A DNA stretch of 64,000 bases from an uncultured Bordetella sp. (GTDB taxonomy: Bacteria; Pseudomonadota; Gammaproteobacteria; Burkholderiales; SG8-41), in the NCBI GenBank assembly GCA_964531455.1, contig CAZHFZ010000009.1, positions 7,414 to 71,413 of the forward strand, given 5' to 3'. The position numbers were made by a program, and so were the translations under genes. The stretch's first letter is position 1. Every line of letters begins with the position of its first letter. Below the pieces are notes generated by a model. It had not been told where the DNA came from. It saw only the letters and a list, made by a program, of their open reading frames with translations, and ran no database searches. Below, one piece after another: positions 8,299 through 17,019 of the stretch.

Positions 8299-9468
8299 TT
8301 AAGCGCTTTCGTACAGACGGGTCAGCACAAACTCGCGATGGCCCAGCGCTTCGGCAGCGGTCAACCGTCCGTTGCAGGTGCGCAGCATGACTTCAATCAA
8401 CTCGTCGCCGGTCTGGTCGAGGTTCTTCTCCCGCTGCAGCAGGCCTGAGCAGTCGTAATCGACGTGTTCGCTCATCGTGCGCACAGTGCGCGGATTCGCG
8501 GTGAGCTTGACAACCGGCACGATCGGATTGCCGATGACATTGCCCTGGCCGGTCGGGAACAGGTGCACCACATAACCGGAGGCGGCGCACAGCGTAACCA
8601 TTTCAGCTGCGGCGGAGGATGAATCCATGAACCACAAGCCGGGCTTGGTCGGCTCTTCGGCTTTATCGAGCACGCCGATGACCTTGCACTTCTTGCCGAT
8701 TTTCTGGATGTTGCCCAGCGCTTTTTCCTCAATCGTGGTCAGACCGCCGGCAATATTGCCCTTGGTCGGCTGCGAATCGGACAGGTCGCTGGTTTTGTTT
8801 TTCTCGACGATTTCCTGGTAACGGTCAAACATGCGCATGAATTCCTTGCGCACTTCCGGAGTTGCGCAACGGTCGGCAACAATATTTTCGCCGCCGGTGA
8901 TTTCGGTGGTTTCACCGAAACACATGGTCACGCCCAGCGGCTCGAGCTTGTCGAAGGCGCTGCCGACAGTGGGATTGGAGCCGCAGCCGGAGGTCGTATC
9001 GGACTCACCGCACTTGGTCGAAACCCACAGGTCGCTGATCGGGCACTCGACGCGCTGCAGTTCGGACGCCCATTGCACGTACTCCTTGGCCACTTTGGAC
9101 GCACGCATGATGGTGTCATGGTCGCCATGCAGTTCAATGCCAAAGCCGGTGACTGGCTTGCCGGTCTTGGCAATGCCGTCGACGACTTTTTTAGCCCAGC
9201 CTTCTTCAATACAGATCACCACCACGGCGGCGACGTTGGGGTTGGCGCCCGCGCCGATGATGGTGCGGAAATGCAGGTCCAGGTCGGCGCCGAACTGCAG
9301 GCGGCCGTAAGGATGCGGAATCGCAATCGCGCCCTTGATGTTGTTGGCCACGGCTTCAGCAGCGGCGTTGGACAGATCGTCCACCGGCAGGATCAGGACA
9401 TGGTTGCGGACACCAACGCGACCGTTCTCGCGGCGGTAGCCCATGAATGTGGTTTTGCTGTCGATCAT
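8299..9468 (-). CDS. UxaA-family (altronate dehydratase C-terminal type) lyase large subunit; SuyB-like
   Basis: 389-aa ORF starting [21 protein letters not shown] and containing [11 protein letters not shown]. This is typical of the GD_AH_C / UxaA large domain encoded without its SAF domain. Confidence 0.8.
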   Translation of the reverse strand: MIDSKTTFMGYRRENGRVGVRNHVLILPVDDLSNAAAEAVANNIKGAIAIPHPYGRLQFGADLDLHFRTIIGAGANPNVAAVVVICIEEGWAKKVVDGIAKTGKPVTGFGIELHGDHDTIMRASKVAKEYVQWASELQRVECPISDLWVSTKCGESDTTSGCGSNPTVGSAFDKLEPLGVTMCFGETTEITGGENIVADRCATPEVRKEFMRMFDRYQEIVEKNKTSDLSDSQPTKGNIAGGLTTIEEKALGNIQKIGKKCKVIGVLDKAEEPTKPGLWFMDSSSAAAEMVTLCAASGYVVHLFPTGQGNVIGNPIVPVVKLTANPRTVRTMSEHVDYDCSGLLQREKNLDQTGDELIEVMLRTCNGRLTAAEALGHREFVLTRLYESA

Positions 9469-9542
9469 TTGTATCTCCGTTTTGGATCGGAATCGGGTTC
9501 GGGTTCGTGCCGGCCTGAAAGCCAGCTTTTACAAACCGTCTT

Positions 9543-9824
9543 TTACCAACGCTTGGTTTTGATGTTGTGCACGTGGGCGTGCTCGCCGAGCTTGATGTCA
9601 GCCACGGCCTTGCCGATATCAAAACCGTATTTGATGATGGTGTCGCCCTTCTTGATCTCGCGCAACGCAGCCTTGTGCCCGATCGGAATGTCGTTAAGCG
9701 CCTTGACCTTGATCGTCGAGTCATCTTCCATGACCCAGCCAACCATCTCCTGGCCGGCCTTGATGCCTTCGATGACGGCCACGCCGACCGTGTCCTTTTT
9801 ATCGTGTACCAACAAGTGAATCAT
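9543..9824 (-). CDS. SAF-domain small subunit of a UxaA-family lyase; SuyA-like
   Basis: From Met63 of the track ORF: MIHLLVHDKKDTVGVAV ... IPIGHKAALREIKKGDTIIKYG ... HVHNIKT, a UxaA N-terminal/SAF fold. An aggagg RBS lies 5 nt upstream of ATG 9824. Confidence 0.75.
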   Translation of the reverse strand: MIHLLVHDKKDTVGVAVIEGIKAGQEMVGWVMEDDSTIKVKALNDIPIGHKAALREIKKGDTIIKYGFDIGKAVADIKLGEHAHVHNIKTKRW

Positions 9825-9919
9825 TTTGCCTCCTGGGTGAACGCTGGGTGATAAGCAAACTGTGCAACCGGAATGAAAACGGTAGTGCAGGTCCGCAGAT
9901 GCTAACTCCCGCGCTTTCA

Positions 9920-9971
9920 GGCAGTCAACTATATGACCTATATGAATCCGCGATCTGCGTGATAGACTGCC
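9920..9971. promoter_or_regulatory. Candidate operator in the divergent GntR / catabolic operon promoter region
   Basis: The inverted repeat GGCAGTC (9920-9926) / GACTGCC (9965-9971) encloses a direct repeat CTATATGA (9929-9936, 9938-9945). It ends 11 nt upstream of the GntR ATG. Confidence 0.35.
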
Positions 9972-9981
9972 GCGCGCCGCC

Positions 9982-10740
9982 ATGGACACGCCCACCCGCA
10001 TCACTGACAACCTCGCCGCCGCCCCGCTTTACCGTGAGGTGCAGTGGCAAATCACCCGAGCCCTGGCCGCAGGCGAGTGGAAGCCGGGTGAAGCCATCCC
10101 CAGCGAATCGCAGCTGGCGCGGCAGTTCAAGGTGTCCATCGGAACCATCCGTCGCGCAATTGACGAACTGGTCGCCGGCCGCATCCTGGTACGCCAGCAG
10201 GGTCGCGGCACCTTTGTCGCTACGCATAACGAAGACCGCACGTTGTTCTATTTTTTTCACGTCGTCGGCAAGGATGGCAGCCGCGAATTCCCGGTCTCCG
10301 AACTGCTGGGCTTCCGCAAGGAACGTGCCGATGCCGACGATGAAATCCAGTTCGGCCTCGCCCGCGGCAGCCGTGTCGCACGGGTCCGCAACCTGCTGAA
10401 GCTCGCCGGCAAACCGGTGGTGCTGGACGACATCACCGTGCCGACCGAGCGTTTCTCGCGCCTCGACGAATCCACCTTCCGCAATCGCGAAGGCACCATC
10501 TATGGCCTGTATCAGGCGCGTTACGGCGTCAATGTCGTACGTATCAGCGAACGACTGTCGGCCGCACATCCTCCATCAGACATCGCCGCCATCCTGTGCA
10601 TGCGTAGCGACCAACCGCTACTGCAGATTCGTCGCGTCGCTTACACATACAACGATACGCCTGTGGAATACCGTCGCAGCTGGATCAATACTGTCAACCA
10701 CGAGTACTTGAGTGACCTGTGGAAAAGCGCGGCGCGTTAA
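9982..10740 (+). CDS. GntR-family transcriptional regulator, HutC/UTRA subfamily
   Basis: The winged-helix region is PGEAIPSESQLARQFKVSIGTIRRAIDELVAGRILVRQQGRGTFV, followed by a C-terminal UTRA-like domain. The gene is divergent from the 9824-to-1 cluster. Confidence 0.85.
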   Translation: MDTPTRITDNLAAAPLYREVQWQITRALAAGEWKPGEAIPSESQLARQFKVSIGTIRRAIDELVAGRILVRQQGRGTFVATHNEDRTLFYFFHVVGKDGSREFPVSELLGFRKERADADDEIQFGLARGSRVARVRNLLKLAGKPVVLDDITVPTERFSRLDESTFRNREGTIYGLYQARYGVNVVRISERLSAAHPPSDIAAILCMRSDQPLLQIRRVAYTYNDTPVEYRRSWINTVNHEYLSDLWKSAAR

Positions 10741-10756
10741 GAACGCGCTTGTTTGA

Positions 10757-12490
10757 CTAGAACCCGAGCTCCCGCCGTGCCACCGCGATTTGCACCGGAT
10801 CACGTGCGTTTTTCAGCAGCCATTCGAACTGCACACGTGCATCATCGCGCAAGCCGCCACGGGCCAGATTGAATCCCGCACGCAGCCGCGCAGCGGCTGC
10901 AGCATCCGCGTCCGGCGCGCTCAACGCGAGACGCAAGTGATATTCCGCCGCAAGCAGAGGCTGGCTGCCCGAATCCAGCGCGCGCGCAGTGGCAGCCAGC
11001 AGCACGCGCCCCTGCGCCAAATCGGCATGAGGCAAAACGCGTCCGGCCAGCAACCGGGTTTCAGCCGCCAGACCGTGTTCAGCCAACTGCGTAGTCAGCG
11101 TGATCCACTCCGTAAGTTGCGCCGCAGGAATGGGCGTGTTGGCCGCAGCCAACTGCCGTGTGATGGCGGCAACATCTTCGCCGCGACCGGCGCGCAAGGC
11201 CGTTGCCGCCATGCGCAGATCCCAAACCGCAGAAGCGATACCCTCTGGCGCCGGCAAACCCAGCCGGTATTGCAGCGTACGCGCATGCAGCTGCAGCGCC
11301 TCGGCCGCGCTGCCCAGCTGATAACGCGTTTCTGCCGCGAGTGCCGCCGGATCTCCGGGCCATGCGCTGAAAACCTGCAACGCGGTACGCGACAGGCGCG
11401 CAGCCAGCAGGCTGGATACAAGCTGCAGCTGGGCGGTGCGGCGCAAGGATTCGCTGCGCCCCTCACGCGCCAGATAGGCCAGGTAGGCGCGTGCCACGAC
11501 CGGTTCCGCATCTTTACGCCTCAGCGCAAACTCCAGCCAGCTGGAATCGTCCCCCGCCAGCAGTTGATGTGTATTCGCGGCACTGCGCGCGTAAACAAGA
11601 TAGGCCTCCCACATGCGGGAGGCCTCCGCTGCCGTTGCGTCAGCTCGATCAAGCAATTGCTCAATGACTTCAATTTTCAGCAGCGGGGCCGGCTGCTTTT
11701 CAGCGGCGTCGAGCAACACCCGCCACCATGCCGGATCTTCACTGCGTGCGATGCCGGCCCGCGCCTGTGCCACCACATCCGCCGGGGACATCAATCCGGT
11801 GTGCAGACGCAGGCGTAACTTGGTCGCACTACGCTCGTCCAGCAAAGCCAACCACTGCACCGCTTCCTTGACGAGCTTCAGATCAAGGAGACCCTCCACA
11901 AATTGCGTTGCCGTCGCAGTATCGAGCGGCCGGTAATCCTGCTGAAAACGCAGCATGCTGCGATAGGCCTCATCCGCCTGCCCGTCATCAATCAGACTGC
12001 GGATCACCAAAAGGCGCAGTTCGCGCAAACGCGCCGCATCCATTCCGCTGGTCCACAACGCGCGGGCCGCCTGATCACGTGCCGCAGCGCCACGCCGGAT
12101 GGCCAGCGCTGAACGAGCAGCAATGGCATGAAACCCGGCTGCAGCTGCCGCATCAACCCCGGCAGGCATTGCGGCGACACGCTGCAGCAGGATTGCATGC
12201 GATCCGGCGGACTCCAGCAATTGCAAACGCAAACGCTCCCATTCAGTCCAGCGTGGCCCGAGGACGGGCCCCTTGGGGGATGCCGCAGACGGCACACCCA
12301 TGGCCAGCGGCGCGGCAAGCACAGCCGGTTGCAGCACGTCCACACGCTGAAGTGCGAGTTGGGCTGCTCCGGCTTCAGCCAGGCTGCGTGTAGCCGCGAG
12401 TTCGTCGGCGGCTTGAACCGTCGGCGCGACCATCACTACGGTCAGGAACACGCATGAAAAAAGAGGGAAGATCAGGCGTTGCAGAATCAT
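10757..12490 (-). CDS. Hypothetical secreted Ala/Leu/Arg-rich all-helical (TPR-like) protein
   Basis: 577-aa ORF with signal peptide MILQRLIFPLFSCVFLTVVMVAPTVQA-AD. The remainder looks helical-repeat-like. I recognise no catalytic motif. The opposite-strand ORFs are Arg-rich nonsense. Confidence 0.55.
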   Translation of the reverse strand: MILQRLIFPLFSCVFLTVVMVAPTVQAADELAATRSLAEAGAAQLALQRVDVLQPAVLAAPLAMGVPSAASPKGPVLGPRWTEWERLRLQLLESAGSHAILLQRVAAMPAGVDAAAAAGFHAIAARSALAIRRGAAARDQAARALWTSGMDAARLRELRLLVIRSLIDDGQADEAYRSMLRFQQDYRPLDTATATQFVEGLLDLKLVKEAVQWLALLDERSATKLRLRLHTGLMSPADVVAQARAGIARSEDPAWWRVLLDAAEKQPAPLLKIEVIEQLLDRADATAAEASRMWEAYLVYARSAANTHQLLAGDDSSWLEFALRRKDAEPVVARAYLAYLAREGRSESLRRTAQLQLVSSLLAARLSRTALQVFSAWPGDPAALAAETRYQLGSAAEALQLHARTLQYRLGLPAPEGIASAVWDLRMAATALRAGRGEDVAAITRQLAAANTPIPAAQLTEWITLTTQLAEHGLAAETRLLAGRVLPHADLAQGRVLLAATARALDSGSQPLLAAEYHLRLALSAPDADAAAAARLRAGFNLARGGLRDDARVQFEWLLKNARDPVQIAVARRELGF

Positions 12491-12558
12491 GCCGTTATTG
12501 TAACGGCGCCCCGCTGCAGAGAAATGAGCGGCAGTCGCGAACGAGGAAAACGGGCAAA

Positions 12559-12586
12559 GAAAAAGGCGGCCGCAGCCGCCTTTTTC
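12559..12586 (-). terminator. Rho-independent terminator of the rpsP-rimM-trmD-rplS operon
   Basis: Stem ggcggc (12565-12570) / gccgcc (12575-12580) with loop cgca. On the minus strand the stem is followed by tttttcttt. It lies 16 nt downstream of the rplS stop. Confidence 0.75.
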
Positions 12587-12601
12587 AGGGATGCAAAGTG
12601 C

Positions 12602-13009
12602 TTACTTCTCAGCAGTTGCGGCTGCCGGTTCCGCCTCGGCAACTACTGCCGTGCTGACCGTGAGCTTTTCCTTGATACGGGCCGCTTTGCCGGACAGGCC
12701 GCGCAGGTAGTAAAGCTTCGAACGGCCGACGTCGCCGCGACGCTTCACTTCGATGCTGGCGATAGAGGGTGAATAGGTCTGGAAAGTCCGCTCCACGCCC
12801 TCGCCCGAGGAGATCTTGCGCACGATGAACGAGGAGTTGATTCCCCGGTTGCGCTTGGCGATGACAACGCCCTCGTAGGCCTGAACGCGCTTGCGCTCGC
12901 CCTCGACCACATTGACGTTGACGATGACCGTATCACCGGCGACGAAGTCCGGGGTCTTGCGGCCCAGACGGTTCATTTCTTCCTGTTCCAGCTGCTGTAT
13001 GACGTTCAT
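12602..13009 (-). CDS. rplS: 50S ribosomal protein L19
   Basis: [12 protein letters not shown] ... [30 protein letters not shown] ... SFIVRKIS is unmistakable L19. Confidence 0.97.
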   Translation of the reverse strand: MNVIQQLEQEEMNRLGRKTPDFVAGDTVIVNVNVVEGERKRVQAYEGVVIAKRNRGINSSFIVRKISSGEGVERTFQTYSPSIASIEVKRRGDVGRSKLYYLRGLSGKAARIKEKLTVSTAVVAEAEPAAATAEK

Positions 13010-13058
13010 CTCTTGACTCCCTCAAACTTGATTGCGTCCGCCATCATGGCGTTCGCGG

Positions 13059-13823
13059 TTAAACCCTGCCGCTGTCCTGTTCGCGGCGAAACTCGTCGAG
13101 CAGTGACCGTTCTTCCGCGGTCAACACCCGCCGTTCCAGCAAATCCGGCCGTCGCTGCCAGGTGCGCCCCAGCGACTGCTTCAAACGCCAGCGCGTGATC
13201 ACCGCGTGGTTGCCTGACAACAGCACCGCCGGCACCGCCGCGCCCTCATACACTTCCGGGCGTGTGTAGTGCGGGTGGTCCAGCAGCCCGTCAACAAACG
13301 AATCCTGGCTGGCGGATTCGGCATCGCCCAACGCGCCGGGCAGTTGCCGCACCACACTGTCCATCAACACCATCGCGGCCAGTTCGCCGCCGCTCAATAC
13401 ATAGTCGCCAATCGAGACTTCCTCGATGGCTTGGCGCTCGATCAGTCGCTCGTCCACACCTTCGTAGCGTCCTGCCAGCAGCACCAGTCCCTGCTCATGC
13501 GCCAACTCTGCAACCAGCGCGTGGTCCAGCAATCTTCCCTGTGGCGTCAGATGCACGACCCGTGGCCGCTCCACACCTGCGCTCACCTGTCGCTGCCGCG
13601 CTGCTGCCAGCGCCTTGTCCAGCGGTTCCGCCATCATCACCATGCCGGGACCGCCGCCATAAGGCCGGTCATCCACGGTACGGTGCACATTCGTCGTGAA
13701 ATCCCGCGGATTCCACGCCACAAACTGGTAAAGCCCACGCTCCCTGGCACGACCGGTAACCCCCAATTCGGTTACCGCATCGAACATCGCCGGAAACAAG
13801 GTGACTACATCGAACTGCAACAT
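13059..13823 (-). CDS. trmD: tRNA (guanine37-N1)-methyltransferase
   Basis: [17 protein letters not shown] ... [14 protein letters not shown] ... [10 protein letters not shown] place the start at Met7, which aligns with E. coli TrmD and overlaps the rimM stop by 1 nt. Confidence 0.95.
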   Translation of the reverse strand: MLQFDVVTLFPAMFDAVTELGVTGRARERGLYQFVAWNPRDFTTNVHRTVDDRPYGGGPGMVMMAEPLDKALAAARQRQVSAGVERPRVVHLTPQGRLLDHALVAELAHEQGLVLLAGRYEGVDERLIERQAIEEVSIGDYVLSGGELAAMVLMDSVVRQLPGALGDAESASQDSFVDGLLDHPHYTRPEVYEGAAVPAVLLSGNHAVITRWRLKQSLGRTWQRRPDLLERRVLTAEERSLLDEFRREQDSGRV

Positions 13824-14368
13824 CAGTAATCTGCTTCCCAATCGACAGTTATCTTGCCGCCGGGAATATCAACCTTGCGGATCACCGTTTCGATGAAAGG
13901 CAAAAGCCGTTCGCTTACATCACCTGACACCTTATCTTCCACCACCAGCACATCGTTGGCCCCGGTTTCAAAAACACGGGATACCGTTCCCAGTTCAACC
14001 CCGGTCTCGTTGACAACCCGAAGCCCCACAAGGTCGGCCCAGTAAAACTCCCCTGATGCCGGCGCAGGGAATTCGTTGCGTGATATCGCGATTCGCATCC
14101 CCTGCAACAGCGCCGCCTGATCACGATCACTGATGCCGGCCAACTTCGCCACCACCGCAGCGCCGTGCACTTTGGCAGACTCCACGGATCGTGACTGCCA
14201 GGCGCCTTCGCGTCCGACCTGCCACGATGAATAATCGAGCAACCCCCGGCTTTCCTGCGTGAACGGCTGAACCTTGATCCAGCCGTTGACACCGTAGGGC
14301 GCAACCACGCGCCCCATGACTACCAGCCGTTCAGCGACCGACTGCTCAGGCAGCTGCTTTTTGGGCAC
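13823..14368 (-). CDS. rimM: Ribosome maturation factor RimM
   Basis: [22 protein letters not shown] is the RimM N-domain, with a C-terminal PRC barrel. The start is uncertain: GTG 14368 (preferred, 23-nt overlap with rpsP) or ATG 14317. The track start at 14581 would cover all of rpsP. Confidence 0.9.
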   Translation of the reverse strand: MPKKQLPEQSVAERLVVMGRVVAPYGVNGWIKVQPFTQESRGLLDYSSWQVGREGAWQSRSVESAKVHGAAVVAKLAGISDRDQAALLQGMRIAISRNEFPAPASGEFYWADLVGLRVVNETGVELGTVSRVFETGANDVLVVEDKVSGDVSERLLPFIETVIRKVDIPGGKITVDWEADY

Positions 14369-14603
14369 CAGCCTGCTTGACGAGACGGGTGACTGTGTCC
14401 GAAAGTTGCGCACCCTTGCCTTGCCAGAAAGCAAGACGCTCATTGTTGATACGCAGACGTTCGCGGCCTTCCGGCGCTTTGGGATCGTAAAACCCCAGAC
14501 GCTCGATAAAGCGGCCGTCGCGAGCGAAACGCGAGTCGGCAACGACAAGGTTGAAAAACGGGCGCTTTTTGGCGCCACCACGAGCTAAACGGACCACCAC
14601 CAT
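14346..14603 (-). CDS. rpsP: 30S ribosomal protein S16
   Basis: [41 protein letters not shown] is canonical S16. Confidence 0.97.
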   Translation of the reverse strand: MVVVRLARGGAKKRPFFNLVVADSRFARDGRFIERLGFYDPKAPEGRERLRINNERLAFWQGKGAQLSDTVTRLVKQAGAQKAAA

Positions 14604-14642
14604 GACGGATTTCCCGGTGACTGAAAAAGTCGAAAGGGGCGG

Positions 14643-14672
14643 ATTTTACGGTACTTTCCCCCTTCTAAGCAA
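14643..14672 (-). promoter_or_regulatory. Candidate sigma70 promoter of the rpsP operon
   Basis: On the minus strand: TTGCTT (14672-14667), an 18-nt spacer, then TAAAAT (14648-14643). This is about 40 nt upstream of the rpsP ATG. Sequence match only. Confidence 0.35.
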
Positions 14673-14757
14673 CGTTTAATCACAATACCTGTAAATGCCC
14701 GGGATTTCAGCGCCGACACCGAAAATCAACATAACCAATTGTTTTTAAAGAAAATTT

Positions 14758-15609
14758 ATGAATAATCCAGAAAAAACACCCAGCGAACGCATCGTCGCCG
14801 CCCTGAAGATCCGCTATGGCGCCGGTTTCCAGGTCAATCCCGACCAAGCCGGAATTAATGAACTGGCGCGCATTGCCGAGCATCGCTCGCTGCGCCGCTA
14901 CCGCCCGGACCCGGTCAGCACCGACCTGCTGCAGTTGCTTTGCGCCTGCGCGCTGTCGGCACCGACCAAGAGCGATCTGCAGCAAGCTGACATCATCCAT
15001 GTCGCCGATCCCGCCAAACGCCAGCGTATCGTCGCTCATCTGCCGGAAATGCCGTGGATCCTCGATGCGCCGCTGTTTCTGGTGTTTTGTGGCAACAACC
15101 GGCGGATCCGCCATATCGGGCAATGGCGCGGCAAACCGTTCGCCAATGAACACCTTGACCACTTCATGAATGCGGCCGTCGATGCCGGCATCGTCATGAT
15201 GAATTTCATCAGTGCCGCCGAAGCCGCAGGACTCGGCACCTGCCCTATCAGCGCGATCCGCAATGCCATTGACACCGTCAGCAAAGAACTGGAATTGCCC
15301 GAGGGCGTGTTCCCGATCGCCGGTTTATGCGTGGGATACCCCGAGGCGGCCGGCCATATCAGTCCGCGCCTGTCGCTCGACGTGACAGTCCATACCGACC
15401 GTTACGATGAATCGCAGCTAAAGGAACAGGTGGAAGCCTACGACCGTCGACGCCATGCCAACCACCCATACGGGAAGCAGCGACGCATCAAGCAGTTTGG
15501 CGCCGCGGATTTTTACGGCTGGTCCGAAGACAAGGCCCGGCAATACGCCGAACCGGAACGCGCGGATTTCGGCGCCTACATCCGGCGCCAGGGCTTCAGC
15601 CTGAAATAG
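14758..15609 (+). CDS. NADPH-dependent nitroreductase family oxidoreductase (NfsA-like)
   Basis: HRSLRRYRPDPV ... LSAPTKSDLQQ ... AAEAAGLGTCPIS are nitroreductase-fold motifs, followed by a long C-terminal extension as in the NfsA/Frp subgroup. Confidence 0.8.
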   Translation: MNNPEKTPSERIVAALKIRYGAGFQVNPDQAGINELARIAEHRSLRRYRPDPVSTDLLQLLCACALSAPTKSDLQQADIIHVADPAKRQRIVAHLPEMPWILDAPLFLVFCGNNRRIRHIGQWRGKPFANEHLDHFMNAAVDAGIVMMNFISAAEAAGLGTCPISAIRNAIDTVSKELELPEGVFPIAGLCVGYPEAAGHISPRLSLDVTVHTDRYDESQLKEQVEAYDRRRHANHPYGKQRRIKQFGAADFYGWSEDKARQYAEPERADFGAYIRRQGFSLK

Positions 15610-15630
15610 GCGAAGGCTCTCCGGGAATGT

Positions 15631-16986
15631 TTAGCGCATTCCCGGGAACATGCCTTTCATCGAACGCATCATTTTCGCCATGCCGCCCTTGGCAACCATT
15701 TTCATCATCTTCTGCGTCTGCTCGAACTGGTTCAGCAGACGATTCACTTCCTGAACCGTCACCCCGGCGCCGGCGGCAATGCGCCGCTTGCGCGAGGCCT
15801 TGATCAGTTCCGGCTTCGCGCGCTCGAGCCGGGTCATCGAATTGATGATGCCTTCTAGACGGCGGATTGCCTTGTCTTCCATCTGCGGAGCGCCCTGCGC
15901 CGCAGCCTGCGCCAGTTGCGCGGGAAGCTTGTCCATCAGAGCGCTGACGCCACCCATCTTGCGCATCTGGGCCACCTGCTGCTTGAAATCTTCCAGATCG
16001 AAACCTTTGCCGGACTTGACCTTGCGTGCGAGCTTTTCAGCCTCGACACGATCCACTGACTTGGTCACATCTTCGATCAGTGACAGCACATCGCCCATAC
16101 CGAGAATGCGCGACGCCATGCGGTCGGGATGGAAGGCTTCGAGTCCGGTAACTTTTTCGCCAGTGCCGGCAAATTTGATCGGCTTTCCGGTGACATGGCG
16201 CACCGACAACGCGGCGCCACCACGGGAATCGCCATCGAGTTTGGTCAGGATGACGCCGGTCAGCGGCAGCGCTTCACCGAAGGCCTTCGCCACGTTGACC
16301 GCATCCTGGCCCTGCATCGCGTCAACCACAAACAGCGTTTCGATCGGATGCACCGCGGCATGCAGTTCGCGGATCTCCTGCATCATCGCTTCGTCGATCG
16401 CAAGGCGGCCAGCGGTATCGACGATCAGCACTTCGTGATAATGGGTACGCGCATACTCCAGCGCGCGCTTAGCAATATCGACCGGTCGCTCGCCATTGGC
16501 GACCGGATGGAAATCCACCTCGACCTGCCCGGCCAATACCTTCAACTGCTCAATTGCAGCCGGCCGATACACGTCGCAACTGGCCAGCAGCACTTTCTTT
16601 TTCTGCTCAATACGCAACCAGCGCGCCAGTTTTCCCGCCGTCGTGGTCTTGCCTGCGCCCTGCAGACCGGCCATCAGAATAACCGCTGGAGGCTGGACCG
16701 CGAGATTGAGCGATTCATTGTGATCGCCCATCAGCGCGATCAGTTCACGGTGTACTACACCGACAAGCGCCTGTCCCGGTGTCAGGCTGCCAACCACCTC
16801 TTCGCCGACGGCTTTTTCGCGCACACGGTCTATAAAGGCCTTGACGACCGGCAAGGCCACATCGGCCTCCAACAGGGCCATGCGCACTTCTCGCAGAGCA
16901 TCCTGAGTATTGGCTTCGGTCAGCCGCGCTTCTCCGCGCAGCGTCTTGACAACTTTCGCGAGGCGACCGGTCAGGTTGTCGAACAT
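15631..16986 (-). CDS. ffh: Signal recognition particle protein Ffh
   Basis: The NG domain shows GLQGAGKTTT, DTAGR and TKLDGD. The Met-rich M domain tail is MMKMVAKGGMAKMMRSMKGMFPGM. Confidence 0.97.
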   Translation of the reverse strand: MFDNLTGRLAKVVKTLRGEARLTEANTQDALREVRMALLEADVALPVVKAFIDRVREKAVGEEVVGSLTPGQALVGVVHRELIALMGDHNESLNLAVQPPAVILMAGLQGAGKTTTAGKLARWLRIEQKKKVLLASCDVYRPAAIEQLKVLAGQVEVDFHPVANGERPVDIAKRALEYARTHYHEVLIVDTAGRLAIDEAMMQEIRELHAAVHPIETLFVVDAMQGQDAVNVAKAFGEALPLTGVILTKLDGDSRGGAALSVRHVTGKPIKFAGTGEKVTGLEAFHPDRMASRILGMGDVLSLIEDVTKSVDRVEAEKLARKVKSGKGFDLEDFKQQVAQMRKMGGVSALMDKLPAQLAQAAAQGAPQMEDKAIRRLEGIINSMTRLERAKPELIKASRKRRIAAGAGVTVQEVNRLLNQFEQTQKMMKMVAKGGMAKMMRSMKGMFPGMR

Positions 16987-17019
16987 GGCTTAAGGGGTGG
17001 CTTCAGGTAAACTGGACAT

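Noticed and set aside
10790-11818. 342-aa plus-strand ORF opposite the 577-aa secreted protein
   Set aside because: It is Arg/Gln-rich low-complexity sequence with no signal or domain features. The minus-strand frame is longer and has a proper signal peptide.
12602-12670. Ala/Glu-rich C-terminal tail on ribosomal protein L19 ([15 protein letters not shown])
   Set aside because: Short species-specific tails on L19 are common. There is no evidence of a frameshift or fusion.
15621-15645. Perfect 9-bp stem (ccgggaatg / cattcccgg) spanning the ffh stop codon, between convergent ffh and the nitroreductase gene
   Set aside because: No U-tract follows on either strand and half of the stem is coding. 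It is probably a simple convergent-gene stem-loop or chance palindrome, so I did not call it a terminator.
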